A stretch of DNA of 64,000 bases. It comes from Fibrobacteria bacterium. Lineage in GTDB: Bacteria; Fibrobacterota; Fibrobacteria; UBA11236. The stretch covers positions 1 to 64,000 of the forward strand of contig JAYTHY010000042.1 in NCBI GenBank assembly GCA_043732185.1, read 5' to 3'. Each line of letters opens with the position of its first letter. The stretch's first letter is position 1. Below the pieces are notes generated by a model. The model saw only the letters and a list, made by a program, of their open reading frames with translations. It was not told the origin of the DNA and made no database searches. Positions 10,452 to 20,366 of this stretch are shown here, piece by piece. The position numbers were made by a program, and so were the translations under genes.

Positions 10452-12908
10452 ATGCTAAAACACTGTAAAAACGTGCTTAAAATGATGGGCTGCATCGGAG
10501 GCGTATTCGGTGCGGCGTATTCTGCACTTCCCGTAGAGAAATACTCCAACATTTGGACTTCGGCTCCGACGCTCATGCCGTCGAACAAAGCCATGGACGC
10601 GCCCTTTATTGCCAACGGAGATATGGCGGTCAGTGTAGGCGGGACTCCCGCTGCTACTCGGTTTTATTTCGCCAAAAGCGATTTTTGGAAATTCAAGAGC
10701 CGGGAAGAAGGCGGCGTAGGGCCGCAGGTGCTCGGCGGAATCGATATAGCCGCACCGTCTCTGGTAGGCGGTAGCTTTTCGGCAAAAGTGCCCTATTACG
10801 TGCCGGAGTTGAATCTTCACTATGCTCAAGGGGTATCAGCCCTTAATATGCATGCTTGGATTGCGGATGATGAAAATCTGTTTGTATGCGAGCTGACCGG
10901 CGGCACAGTGGCGGTGGATGTAGTGATTAAATATTGGATTGCATCCGGTAACGGTTCTTTGGATTCTACAGGAAAAGACACGGACATCAACTGGATGTCG
11001 AGAAGTTTTGTTCCTGCTAGCTCGGGCGTTGATTTTGCATCCGGTGTGTCGTTCGCGGCAAAAAAATTCGGAGGCGGTTCGGACACCCTGACCTTGCAGC
11101 CCGGACAAAAAATAACTTTTGTCGCCACCATGCACAGCAGTTTCGAAATTCCGGCTTACAAAACCGCGTCCGTGAACCGGGTGCGCACATTGGCGATTAC
11201 GGACCTGGCAGCGTCGTATCAGAAGCATCAAACCTGGTGGCAAAATTATTGGAACTTGTCCATGGTGTCGCTGGGGGATACGGTGCTGGAAAAAAATTAT
11301 TATGTCGGCCTATACGCGCTGGGAAGTGGAAGTCGGAATCCAAGTTTTCCACCGGGGTTGTTTGGCCTTTGGGTCAGCTCCAACACACCCAATTGGAAAG
11401 GCGACTATCATCTTAATTACAACTACCAGGCTGCATTCTACGGATTGTACTCGGCGAATCGACTTCAAACCGCAGCAACGTATGAGGCGCCGCTGCTTGA
11501 TTTTATGGACCGTGGAAAATACTACGCCACTTCCATACTACATATTCGCGGCATCTACTATCCCGTTGGGATTGGACCCAAAGGGGTGGAAACATCCCGC
11601 CATTCCAGCTACTGCAACCCGCAGGCGTTGGAAGGCAATTTTGCCGGTCAAAAAAGCGATGCCAATTATGGAGCAGTCAATATGGTGCAGCGGTATTATT
11701 CCACCATGGATACGGCATACGCGCGCAAGGTATATCCGTACTTTATCGAACTCGCCAATTTTTGGGAAGACTATCTCAAATTTGAAAATGGCCGTTATGT
11801 GATTTATGAAGATGCCATACATGAATGCACGTATGGGGATTTCAATCCGATTCTCGAATTGGCCTTTGTCAAAATGGTTTTCAAAACAATTCTGGACATG
11901 AGCCAGGATCTCAATGTAGACGCGTCCCGGAAAGCCAAGTGGCAGGATATACTGGCAAAAATCAGCGCCTTCCCGACTCAGCAAATGAGCGGAAAAACCG
12001 TCTTTCGTTACGCGGAAACCGGGACGGCATGGTGGCCGGACAACACCTTGGGCATTCAACATATCTACCCCGCAGGTGCTATTGGACTCGGTAGCGACAC
12101 CGCCCAATTAAGCCTCGCCCAATCGACCATGCAAGTGATGAATCGTTTCAAGGATGGCAATGGGATGAACAGCTTTTTTCCGGCAGCGGCACGAACCGGA
12201 TCCTTTCCACCGGATACGATTCTTGCCCAACTCAAATTGTTGGCCGCCAATTGTTACCCGAATTTGGTGCCCAAGGGCCAGCCGCATGGCATGGAGAATT
12301 ACAGCATCTTTCACGCTACGCTCGATGAAATGCTGATGCAAAGCCATCAAGGATTGATCAGGATTTTCCCCATGTGGCCGATGAACAAAGATGCGCAATT
12401 TTCGACCTTGCGCGCGTACGGTGCATTCCTGGTTTCAAGTTCTTTAGTCGGTGGGACGGTGCAAAGCGTCACGTTGAAAAGCGAAAAAGGGAAATCCGCT
12501 TCGGTGCTCAATCCCTGGAAAGGAAGCCGAGTAACCTTGTACAGAAACGGTAGGAAGGACTCGACCCTCGCTGCTGATACGGTCCGGTTCGCCACATCAC
12601 CAGGTGAGGTTGTGCTTCTGGTCAAAGAGGGCACGGTTTCCATCTCGGATATGGGTAAAAATGATTTTTCAAAATCGATGCGTATAGCGTTGCATGCCCA
12701 TGAAATCCGGGTAACGGGCAATAGTTTCCAACCGTTATCGGTAAGCGTCTTTGACGTTCATGGAAAATTGGTGACGGCAATTCAACAAGGGCAACAAGCA
12801 AGCGGCAATCCAGTTGTGATCCAAATTAATCCCAGTTCACATGGCCTTTATTTAGTCCAAGTCATCAACGGCAGAAACAGGATTGCCGAAAAAATTATGC
12901 TCCAATAA
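10452..12908 (+). CDS. Secreted glycoside hydrolase, GH95-like (alpha/alpha)6 barrel, with C-terminal T9SS-type sorting-like domain
   Basis: Signal peptide; IANGDMAV, WKGDYHLNYNYQ, EMLMQS..LIRIFP, LRAYGAFLVS; C-terminus VSVFDVHGKLV...GLYLVQV. Confidence 0.75.
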   Translation: MLKHCKNVLKMMGCIGGVFGAAYSALPVEKYSNIWTSAPTLMPSNKAMDAPFIANGDMAVSVGGTPAATRFYFAKSDFWKFKSREEGGVGPQVLGGIDIAAPSLVGGSFSAKVPYYVPELNLHYAQGVSALNMHAWIADDENLFVCELTGGTVAVDVVIKYWIASGNGSLDSTGKDTDINWMSRSFVPASSGVDFASGVSFAAKKFGGGSDTLTLQPGQKITFVATMHSSFEIPAYKTASVNRVRTLAITDLAASYQKHQTWWQNYWNLSMVSLGDTVLEKNYYVGLYALGSGSRNPSFPPGLFGLWVSSNTPNWKGDYHLNYNYQAAFYGLYSANRLQTAATYEAPLLDFMDRGKYYATSILHIRGIYYPVGIGPKGVETSRHSSYCNPQALEGNFAGQKSDANYGAVNMVQRYYSTMDTAYARKVYPYFIELANFWEDYLKFENGRYVIYEDAIHECTYGDFNPILELAFVKMVFKTILDMSQDLNVDASRKAKWQDILAKISAFPTQQMSGKTVFRYAETGTAWWPDNTLGIQHIYPAGAIGLGSDTAQLSLAQSTMQVMNRFKDGNGMNSFFPAAARTGSFPPDTILAQLKLLAANCYPNLVPKGQPHGMENYSIFHATLDEMLMQSHQGLIRIFPMWPMNKDAQFSTLRAYGAFLVSSSLVGGTVQSVTLKSEKGKSASVLNPWKGSRVTLYRNGRKDSTLAADTVRFATSPGEVVLLVKEGTVSISDMGKNDFSKSMRIALHAHEIRVTGNSFQPLSVSVFDVHGKLVTAIQQGQQASGNPVVIQINPSSHGLYLVQVINGRNRIAEKIMLQ

Positions 12909-12965
12909 AGCACAAAATCTTCAACCGGGAACAGCGAAGTGTTGCGATCCATGGCTGTTTGCTAC

Positions 12966-13007
12966 TTGCACAGTCATACCAAAATGCATATACTGTATAT
13001 ACATTTT
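12966..13007 (+). promoter_or_regulatory. Sigma70 promoter with overlapping palindromic operator of the TA operon
   Basis: TTGCAC-17 bp-TATACT; palindrome AAAATGcATATAC-T-GTATATaCATTTT at 12981-13007 covers the -10 box. Confidence 0.75.
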
Positions 13008-13017
13008 AGGAGGCACC

Positions 13018-13257
13018 ATGGACGCGTCCATCCTCGATCTTCGCTATAAAATGAAGGAAGTCCTCAAGGCTCTTTCCAGACGGGAACGGGTGCGGATTTT
13101 GTTTCATGGGCAGGAAAAGGGAGTCATTATTCCCGTAGACAAGCAGGCTGGGCAAAGCGTCAAGGCGCATCCTTTTTTCGGGATGGATCGCAAATCCAAA
13201 CATTCCGTAGAGGAAGTCTTGGAGGGACTGCGCGGCGGAAGGTACAATGCTCTTTGA
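13018..13257 (+). CDS. Type II antitoxin, Phd/YefM-like
   Basis: AGGAGG SD; MDASILDLRYKMKEVLKALSRRERVRILFHGQEKGVIIP; overlaps the PIN toxin start. Confidence 0.8.
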   Translation: MDASILDLRYKMKEVLKALSRRERVRILFHGQEKGVIIPVDKQAGQSVKAHPFFGMDRKSKHSVEEVLEGLRGGRYNAL

Positions 13258-13624
13258 TACGGATATGTTCATCTGGATTCAAAGAGGCAATGACGCTGCC
13301 GCCGAGCTTGTGGATCGCGCTGAAAAACGATTCCTCTCAATACAAACCTATATGGAATTGTTTCAGTGCGCGCAGAACAAGAAGCAGCAGAAGGATACAC
13401 AGGGTTTTCTGTCAGACTTTAATTTCATTATCCTTCCTTTGACCGAAAACATCGGCCACCGGGCCTCCATCTATATTGAGGAATATTCTCTAGGCCATGG
13501 CATTAGAGCTGGTGATGCCATAATTGCGGCGACAGCTACGGAAAACCATCTGACTCTTGTCAGCTCGAACGGCAAGCATTTCAAGCCGATTAAAGATCTT
13601 GATCTGAAAATTTTTCGACCTTGA
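13247..13624 (+). CDS. vapC: PIN-domain toxin, VapC family
   Basis: LFDTDMFI, TYMEL, GDAIIAATA, LVSSNGKHF acidic PIN motifs. Confidence 0.88.
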   Translation: MLFDTDMFIWIQRGNDAAAELVDRAEKRFLSIQTYMELFQCAQNKKQQKDTQGFLSDFNFIILPLTENIGHRASIYIEEYSLGHGIRAGDAIIAATATENHLTLVSSNGKHFKPIKDLDLKIFRP

Positions 13625-13634
13625 TTTGAACAAG

Positions 13635-13711
13635 TGGTGCACCCTGAGGGATTCGAACCCCCAACCCACGGCTTCGAAGGCCGGTACTCTATCCAGTTGA
13701 GCTAAGGGTGC
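13635..13711 (-). tRNA. tRNA-Arg (anticodon TCG)
   Basis: Minus strand GCACCCTTAGCTCAACTGGATAGAG...CT-TCG-AA...GGGGGTTCGAATCCC TCAGGGTGCA CCA; complete cloverleaf with encoded CCA. Confidence 0.93.
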
Positions 13712-13743
13712 AAGCCGATAAATCTAATTAAGTGCGCGCTCTA

Positions 13744-14943
13744 TCACCTAGCAATGCTGGCGGGAATTTTCCCCTCGGCCGGGTACCCGTGTTCATAACG
13801 CATCTTGCGCATCAGCTTGCCCTGGGAATCGTAAAAAAGCTGATCCCCATGCAATACCCCCGCTTGGTATTGAGAGGACTCCAGGAGTTTGCCATTGGTT
13901 CCATATTCCAGCCAGTCTCCCGTGCGCTGGCCTTCTAGATAAAGACCCGTCAACATCACCTTTCCATTGGGGTGCCATTTCTGTAGGGACGCGGGTTGAC
14001 CCTGTTTATACAGCATCAACGAGCGCTTGCTGCCAGATGGATAATACACCCATGCTTCCCCTTCCGGATGGGACTCGGCAAAATGTTGCCGCTCTATCAA
14101 ATGGTTCAGCGAATCGTACCGCACTCGTTCCCCGGTGCCGGAAACAAAGGAGCCCCGTTCCAACAGGCGTCCCGCAGCGTCCCAGCTGTAGGAGCTGTCG
14201 TTTTCCATTCCAGCTTGGTAGTGTTTGAGGGAGGCGCGTTTGCCATCGGCACCGAAGGTTTCCCAAATACCCGTTTTCTTGCCGTCGGGGTTAAATTCGC
14301 CTTTCTCTATTATCAACCCGTCAGGGTCTTTACGCGTATACGCGCCGACGGGCACGCCTTTCTGGCAAGCATAGTCCTCTTTCACCGTCTGGTTGGCGTG
14401 GAAGGTTCGGTAGTGACCCCGTTCATTGGATTCGAAACATGAATTTTCCACCAGTTGTTGACCCTTTGCATCCCATTCTTTTAAGGTATCGACTTCCTTA
14501 CCAGCCTTAAACGATCCGATGGCTTTGGCATCGCCATTTTCCCAGAATTGCCGCCAGACGCCCTCCTTTTGATTCGCCTTGAATTCGCCTTTAGCCGATA
14601 TCGTGAACTGATTGTAAAAAAAGGTCCAAGTACCCACCTTTTGACCTTTTGCAAAACGACCTTCCGACTTTTTTTGGCCATTGTGCCAATAATCGAAATA
14701 GGCCCCATGACGCAGTCCCTTTGAGAAGTAGGTATCCTTTTCCTTATGGCCGTTGAAGGAGAAAATCTGTTCGCGTTTTAGATTTTCCGGTGACGTTGCG
14801 CCCCATAGTCCGTAGGTGCGAATGACCTTGGGCTTATTATTAGGAAAGGTCTCGGTCACCTTTTCCCGCCCACAGCCCATCAATAAGCAGGGAAGTACAA
14901 TGCAGGCCAGTAAAAAGCACGCGCGCCATTGGCTGGCAGGCAT
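13744..14943 (-). CDS. MORN-variant repeat (YwqK-like) putative lipoprotein
   Basis: Repeats of the type G.W..(Y/F)..NG....G.(F/Y)..G; lipobox-like LLMGC after a hydrophobic stretch; start uncertain (ORF open to 15030). Confidence 0.7.
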   Translation of the reverse strand: MPASQWRACFLLACIVLPCLLMGCGREKVTETFPNNKPKVIRTYGLWGATSPENLKREQIFSFNGHKEKDTYFSKGLRHGAYFDYWHNGQKKSEGRFAKGQKVGTWTFFYNQFTISAKGEFKANQKEGVWRQFWENGDAKAIGSFKAGKEVDTLKEWDAKGQQLVENSCFESNERGHYRTFHANQTVKEDYACQKGVPVGAYTRKDPDGLIIEKGEFNPDGKKTGIWETFGADGKRASLKHYQAGMENDSSYSWDAAGRLLERGSFVSGTGERVRYDSLNHLIERQHFAESHPEGEAWVYYPSGSKRSLMLYKQGQPASLQKWHPNGKVMLTGLYLEGQRTGDWLEYGTNGKLLESSQYQAGVLHGDQLFYDSQGKLMRKMRYEHGYPAEGKIPASIAR

Positions 14944-15069
14944 GGCACAGGCATTTCTGTCGGTGGGCGGTAAAGAAAAAGTTCGCATGCTAAGTTTCCA
15001 GAGGGATAATATGCCTTTTTTTGGATTCAACTAGAAGATTTGATCATTTTCTGGTAATTTGAACAGCCT

Positions 15070-16215
15070 ATGCCATCCCTAAATAAAAAAACTCAGAGTA
15101 CATCCGGCCGCAACGGCAAAAACGTCCTTGTCCACGGCGAACCTTCCTTGCCTCTCATCAATAAGGATGTAGAGCTTTACCTCACGCCTCGCAGCGGTCA
15201 TATGGCCCCGGTGCGCTTTCGGATCGGCGAGCGTTGGGTGCAGCCCTATGCTTTGGCACCTTGGGAGCCCGAGGAGCTCGGTAAAGATTTGCCTCCCGTC
15301 CTGCGCGTGTTGCGCGGGGATTATTTCTGCCTGCCCTTCGGTTCCAGCCATGGGATCAAGGACGTGCATGGTGAGACCGCGAATGCAGAGTGGAAGCTTG
15401 TATCAGAAGATGCCGAGCATCTGGTTCTGGAGATGGCGGTTACCGCGCCAAAGTGCCGGGTGCGCAAAACCTTGAGCATTAAAGCCGGCCAACGGGCCGT
15501 GTATCAGGAACATCTGATCGAGGGCTTGCAAGGACGATTCAATTTTGGCCACCACGCCATCTTGCTGTTTCCCGAAAAAGGCGGTCCTTATCACGTCAAC
15601 ACCAGCCCATTCCGATATGGCAGTGTCAAGCCGGATGCTTTTTCCAATCCCTTGGCGCGCGAGTACGGGGCGCTCAAGACAGGCGCACGCTTTACCTCAT
15701 TGGCGAAAGTGCCTTTGGCTCAAGGTGGCTACACCTCTTTGCAGGAATACCCGGCGCGTCAAGGTTTTGAAGATTTGGTAATGATGACCAACAAGCCTGG
15801 TGATTTTGCCTGGACGGCAGCCACGCTGGATGGCTACGTGTGGATATCCCTCAAAGACCCGCGCACCTTGCCGAGCACGATGTTTTGGCTCTCGAATGGA
15901 GGCCGTCATGCTGCTCCTTGGAGCGGCCGGCACTTAAGGCGACTGGGTCTGGAAGAAGTGTGCAGTTATTTTTCCGATGGCCTGGAAACTGCGCGCAAGG
16001 ATCTTTTGAAATCAAAAGGCGTGCCCACCACTTTGGCCTTTAAAGCCAAGGAGAAAAAGTCGATTCGTATGATACACGTGGTCCATCCCGTCCCCCAAAA
16101 ATTCGGCCGGGTGGAGTTGGTGGAAAAAGACGAAAAGGGAACCTCGATCAAAGTAACGGGTTCGGGCGGTCAAACCGTTATCGTGCCCGTGGACTGGTCC
16201 TTCTTGTACGGTTGA
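15070..16215 (+). CDS. Hypothetical protein, probable galactose-mutarotase-like beta-sandwich
   Basis: LRGDYFCLPFG, HGETAN, GHHAIL, LGLEE motifs; heads a sugar gene run. Confidence 0.5.
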   Translation: MPSLNKKTQSTSGRNGKNVLVHGEPSLPLINKDVELYLTPRSGHMAPVRFRIGERWVQPYALAPWEPEELGKDLPPVLRVLRGDYFCLPFGSSHGIKDVHGETANAEWKLVSEDAEHLVLEMAVTAPKCRVRKTLSIKAGQRAVYQEHLIEGLQGRFNFGHHAILLFPEKGGPYHVNTSPFRYGSVKPDAFSNPLAREYGALKTGARFTSLAKVPLAQGGYTSLQEYPARQGFEDLVMMTNKPGDFAWTAATLDGYVWISLKDPRTLPSTMFWLSNGGRHAAPWSGRHLRRLGLEEVCSYFSDGLETARKDLLKSKGVPTTLAFKAKEKKSIRMIHVVHPVPQKFGRVELVEKDEKGTSIKVTGSGGQTVIVPVDWSFLYG

Positions 16216-16276
16216 AGCCCGTTTGCCTATATTTGAACGTCCGGATTTATAAACCGAAAGCCATGAAAGCAGCACC

Positions 16277-17536
16277 ATGACCGATATAATGTCGATACCG
16301 AAAATAAGCAAAAAGCCGAATGTCAAAGCCGCCATTGAATCCGGTGAGGGCATCCTTCGTTTGGCACCCGCTTGGGTTCCACGATCTTTTATGATTCCCG
16401 GCAGGCGTATCAAACTCCATCCGGACGATATTTACGCACTAGGCGCGCATCGCGGTGGTTTATGCGAGCGCTGGTTTGCGTCTACAACTGAAGCCGGCAA
16501 TGAAAACCGGGCCTTGGACGAAGGCCTGAGCTATGTCGTGAACGATGGCGAACGTTTTACTCTGCTTGAGGCCGTAGCCGCGGAAGGCGCCACGCTTATC
16601 GGAAAAGCCATGTGGGACAAGTACAAGCGCTGGCCGGTCTACTCCAAGTATTTCGACAATATGGGACCCATCGCGCATCATATGCATCAAAGCGCGGAAC
16701 AGGCCGAGAAAGTGGGCCGGGAAGGCAAGCCGGAAGGCTATTATTTCCCACCGCAGTTAAACGCCATCGGCAACAATTTTCCGCATACCTACTTTGGATT
16801 GGAGCCCGGTGTCACCAAATCCGACATCCGTCGCTGTTTGGAAAACTGGAATAAGGGCGACAACGGCATCATCGACTTGGCCAAGGCCTATCGCCTCAAG
16901 CCGGGAACCGGTTGGCATGTGCCCGACCGTATTCTGCACGCTCCCGGATCCTTTGTGACCTATGAACCCCAATGGGGCAGCGACGTCTTCGCCTATTTCC
17001 AGAGCATGGTGGAAGGCCGCCGCATTGAGTGGGAACTGTTGTCCAAGGATTTCCCCGTCGAGCACCATCACGATCTCGACTACTTGGTGGATCAATTGGA
17101 CTGGGAAGGAAACCTGGATCCCAACTTCCGCGATCATCATTATCTGGAACCGATTCCTGTGGCCGATACCGCTTCGGAAGGCTATGAGGACAAATGGGTC
17201 GTGTACGGAAATTTTGCCGGCAAGCAGTTGTTCACCTCCAAAGAGCTCACCCTGAATCCTGGTGTCAAAGTCACCTTAAAAGACGGCGGCGCAGCCGGAC
17301 TCATCACCGTGCAAGGTACGGGTCGCATCAACAAGACCCGGGTGCAAAGTCCAGCCATGATCCGTTATGGCCAAATGGTGGAAGATGAAGTGTTCGTGTC
17401 CCATGCTGCCGCCGTGGCCGGGGTGACCTATGAGAATACCGGATCCGAACCACTGGTTTTGTTGCGGTATTTCGGACCCGATTCCTGCCCCGATGCACCG
17501 GACACCGGAGCCTTCAAAAACCTCATCAGAGGCTAA
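16277..17536 (+). CDS. Cupin-fold, class I mannose-6-phosphate-isomerase-like protein (paralog 1)
   Basis: ERW, KYFD..GPIAHHMH, GKPEGYY, ILHAPG..TYEPQWGSD metal-binding pattern. Confidence 0.6.
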   Translation: MTDIMSIPKISKKPNVKAAIESGEGILRLAPAWVPRSFMIPGRRIKLHPDDIYALGAHRGGLCERWFASTTEAGNENRALDEGLSYVVNDGERFTLLEAVAAEGATLIGKAMWDKYKRWPVYSKYFDNMGPIAHHMHQSAEQAEKVGREGKPEGYYFPPQLNAIGNNFPHTYFGLEPGVTKSDIRRCLENWNKGDNGIIDLAKAYRLKPGTGWHVPDRILHAPGSFVTYEPQWGSDVFAYFQSMVEGRRIEWELLSKDFPVEHHHDLDYLVDQLDWEGNLDPNFRDHHYLEPIPVADTASEGYEDKWVVYGNFAGKQLFTSKELTLNPGVKVTLKDGGAAGLITVQGTGRINKTRVQSPAMIRYGQMVEDEVFVSHAAAVAGVTYENTGSEPLVLLRYFGPDSCPDAPDTGAFKNLIRG

Positions 17537-17705
17537 AAAGGTTTAAATATGGGCTATTTCTGGGAAAAAGGAAAATTCCAGAAATACTAAAGAGCTCAAA
17601 GGCGTGAAATCTGAGCGGAGGCTATACCCCTCCGCGTCTCGGCCGGGTTAAATTTACAATCCGGTCGAAATTGTTAAAATTGGTATAAAAATCACGGAGT
17701 GTGAG

Positions 17706-18962
17706 ATGGCAGAAGCAGTAGCAGTACCCAAAACAACCACCAAGCCCAATGTCAAAGCCGCAATAGAGGCGGGAGAAGGCATTCTGCGCTTGGCACCTTG
17801 CTGGGTTCCCAGATCCTTTTTAATGCCTGGCAAACGCCTTAAATTACACCCCGATGATTATTACGCACTCGGCGCCCATCGCGGCGGCATCGACGAGCGT
17901 TGGTTCTCGTCCACCACCGAAGCTGGCAACGACAATCGCGCCATCGATGAAGGTTTGAGCTACGTGCTCCATGACGGTGCGCGCTTTACCCTGCTGGAAG
18001 CTGTAGCTGCCGAAGGCCCGCGCCTTATCGGTCAGAAGATGTGGGACAAGTACAAGCGCTGGCCCATCTACTCCAAATTCTTCGACAACATGGGACCCAT
18101 TCCCCATCACATGCACCATAGCGAAGCACAAGCCAAACTGGTCGGCCAGGAAGGCAAGCCCGAGTGCTATTATTTCCCGCCGCAGCTCAACGCTATCGGC
18201 AATAACTTTCCGCATACCTATTTCGGTCTCGAGCCCGGTGTCACCAAAGCCGATGTCCGTCGCTGCCTGGAAAATTGGAACAAGGGCGACAATGGTATTC
18301 TTGATTTGTCCAAAGCGTACCGCCTGAATCCCGGAACCGGCTGGCATGTGCCATCCTGTATTCTACACGCTCCCGGATCCTTGCTGACCTATGAACCCCA
18401 GTGGGGCAGTGATGTGTTCGCCATGTACCAGAGCATGGTGGAAGGCCGCCGTGTGGATTGGGATTTGTTCGTCAAGGACACACCCGATCAGTACAAACAC
18501 GATTTGGATTACCTGGTCAATCAGCTCGATTGGGAAGGCAACGTGGATCCCAACTTCCGCGACCATCATTATTTGGAACCGATCAACGCAGGTGAAACTT
18601 GGACCGAAGGCTACCAAGACCGCTGGGTGGTGTATGGCCGCTTCGAGGGCAAGGACCTCTTTACCGCCAAGGAATTGACCATCGATCCTGGTGTGACCGT
18701 TACCCTAAAAGATGGTGCCGCTTCCGGCCTCATCACCGTGCAAGGTTCCGGCTGGGCCAACAAACACCGCATCGAATCTCCATCCATGATCCGCTTTGGC
18801 GCCCAAACCGAGGACGAGGTTTTCATATCGCATGAAGCCGCCACCGCGGGCGTCACATTCAAGAACACAGGCTCGGAGCCACTGGTTACGCTGCGTTATT
18901 TTGGTCCGGATTCCAGCCCGACCGCGCCCAATACCGGTGCGTTCAAGAACTTGAAGAAATAA
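17706..18962 (+). CDS. Cupin-fold, class I mannose-6-phosphate-isomerase-like protein (paralog 2)
   Basis: Collinear and highly similar to 16277-17536 over the whole length. Confidence 0.6.
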   Translation: MAEAVAVPKTTTKPNVKAAIEAGEGILRLAPCWVPRSFLMPGKRLKLHPDDYYALGAHRGGIDERWFSSTTEAGNDNRAIDEGLSYVLHDGARFTLLEAVAAEGPRLIGQKMWDKYKRWPIYSKFFDNMGPIPHHMHHSEAQAKLVGQEGKPECYYFPPQLNAIGNNFPHTYFGLEPGVTKADVRRCLENWNKGDNGILDLSKAYRLNPGTGWHVPSCILHAPGSLLTYEPQWGSDVFAMYQSMVEGRRVDWDLFVKDTPDQYKHDLDYLVNQLDWEGNVDPNFRDHHYLEPINAGETWTEGYQDRWVVYGRFEGKDLFTAKELTIDPGVTVTLKDGAASGLITVQGSGWANKHRIESPSMIRFGAQTEDEVFISHEAATAGVTFKNTGSEPLVTLRYFGPDSSPTAPNTGAFKNLKK

Positions 18963-19008
18963 GTCGCGACGCATTTTCAAATTCACCGATTAATTGGAGT
19001 CAGGAATA

Positions 19009-20151
19009 ATGGCTAAGAAAAAAATGAATGTGGGTATGATAGGGTATGGCTTCATGGGCCGTACCCATTCCAACGCCTTTCGCAAGGTCAATAATTTTTT
19101 CAAAACCGAGCATCAACCGGTGCTCAAAACCATTTGCGGCCGCAGCGAGAATGCGGTTAAGGCTTTTGCCGAACAATGGGGCTACGAATCCATCGAAACC
19201 GATTGGCGTAAAATCATCGACGATAAGAATATCGACATTGTCGACATCTGCACGCCCAATGACAGCCATATGGAAATCGCCATCGCTGCCGCGCAGGCTG
19301 GCAAAATCATCATGTGCGAAAAACCGCTAGCCCGAAATGGCGCGGAAGGCGAAAAAATGGTAGCGGCTGTGGAAGCTGCTGGAGTGGCCAACACAGTTTG
19401 GTACAACTATCGCCGCGTACCCGCCGTGACCATGGCCAAACAACTCATCGACGAAGGTCGTCTCGGTAAAATTTTTCACTATCGAGCCAAGTTCCTACAA
19501 GACTGGACCATCTCAGCGGATTTGCCTCAAGGCGGTACTGGTCTTTGGCGTTTAGACGCGGCCGCAGCCGGCTCCGGGGTAACTGGTGATTTGCTCGCGC
19601 ATTGCATCGACACCGCAATCTGGCTGAACGGTTCCATGAGCAGCGTCAGCGCCATGACCGAGACTTTTATCAAAGAGCGCAAGCACAACTTGACCGGCAA
19701 AGTTGAAAAGGTTTCCATTGATGATGCCTGCACGTTCATGGGTCGGTTTGACAATGGCTCGCTCGCCTCATTCGAATCCACCCGCTATGCGCGCGGACAC
19801 AAAGCTTTATACACGCTGGAAATCAACGGCGAACATGCTTCCATCATGTGGGACTTGCATGACTTGCATCGTTTGCAATGGTTCGATCATCGTGACGAGA
19901 GCAAGCTGCGTGGTTGGAAATCTATCCATATCACCGATGGCGATCAGCCGTATATGAAGAACTGGTGGGTTCCGGGCCTACAAATCGGTTACGAGCACAC
20001 CTTTGTGCATCAGGTAGCGGACTTCATGGCCGGATTGGACACGGGAACGCCCGTGAGCCCAACCTTCCGTGAAGCCTTGGAAACCCAATATATCTGCGAT
20101 GCCGTCCTAGATTCCGCCAAATCCGGGCGCTGGACGGACGTTAAGAAATAG
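19009..20151 (+). CDS. Gfo/Idh/MocA family oxidoreductase
   Basis: GMIGYGFMG Rossmann motif, [21 protein letters not shown]. Confidence 0.9.
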   Translation: MAKKKMNVGMIGYGFMGRTHSNAFRKVNNFFKTEHQPVLKTICGRSENAVKAFAEQWGYESIETDWRKIIDDKNIDIVDICTPNDSHMEIAIAAAQAGKIIMCEKPLARNGAEGEKMVAAVEAAGVANTVWYNYRRVPAVTMAKQLIDEGRLGKIFHYRAKFLQDWTISADLPQGGTGLWRLDAAAAGSGVTGDLLAHCIDTAIWLNGSMSSVSAMTETFIKERKHNLTGKVEKVSIDDACTFMGRFDNGSLASFESTRYARGHKALYTLEINGEHASIMWDLHDLHRLQWFDHRDESKLRGWKSIHITDGDQPYMKNWWVPGLQIGYEHTFVHQVADFMAGLDTGTPVSPTFREALETQYICDAVLDSAKSGRWTDVKK

Positions 20152-20157
20152 TCCCCC

Positions 20158-20178
20158 CTGCTCTCACGATGAGAGCAG
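20158..20178 (+). terminator. Hairpin just after the oxidoreductase stop (possible terminator)
   Basis: CTGCTCTCA-CGA-TGAGAGCAG perfect 9-bp stem; no U-tract. Confidence 0.4.
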
Positions 20179-20366
20179 AATCGGATTCCAACCCGTTTCC
20201 GAGTGATGGCTGAAGCATTAGATTCAGTCTAACTGGGAATTCGGGGTCGGGATCCTTCGTGGTCCTGGCTGGGCTTTACCCGAGCTTAGCGCCCCGATTT
20301 CCCTCTCACTGACGCAAATACCGCAGGTGTGTATCACGACTGGCCACTGATTCCCGAGCCAGTTCC

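Noticed and set aside
13744..15030. YwqK-like protein as antitoxin or immunity protein for VapC or the eCIS toxins
   Set aside because: It is a MORN-repeat lipoprotein-like protein on the opposite strand; VapC already has an antitoxin, and it lies >30 kb from the effectors
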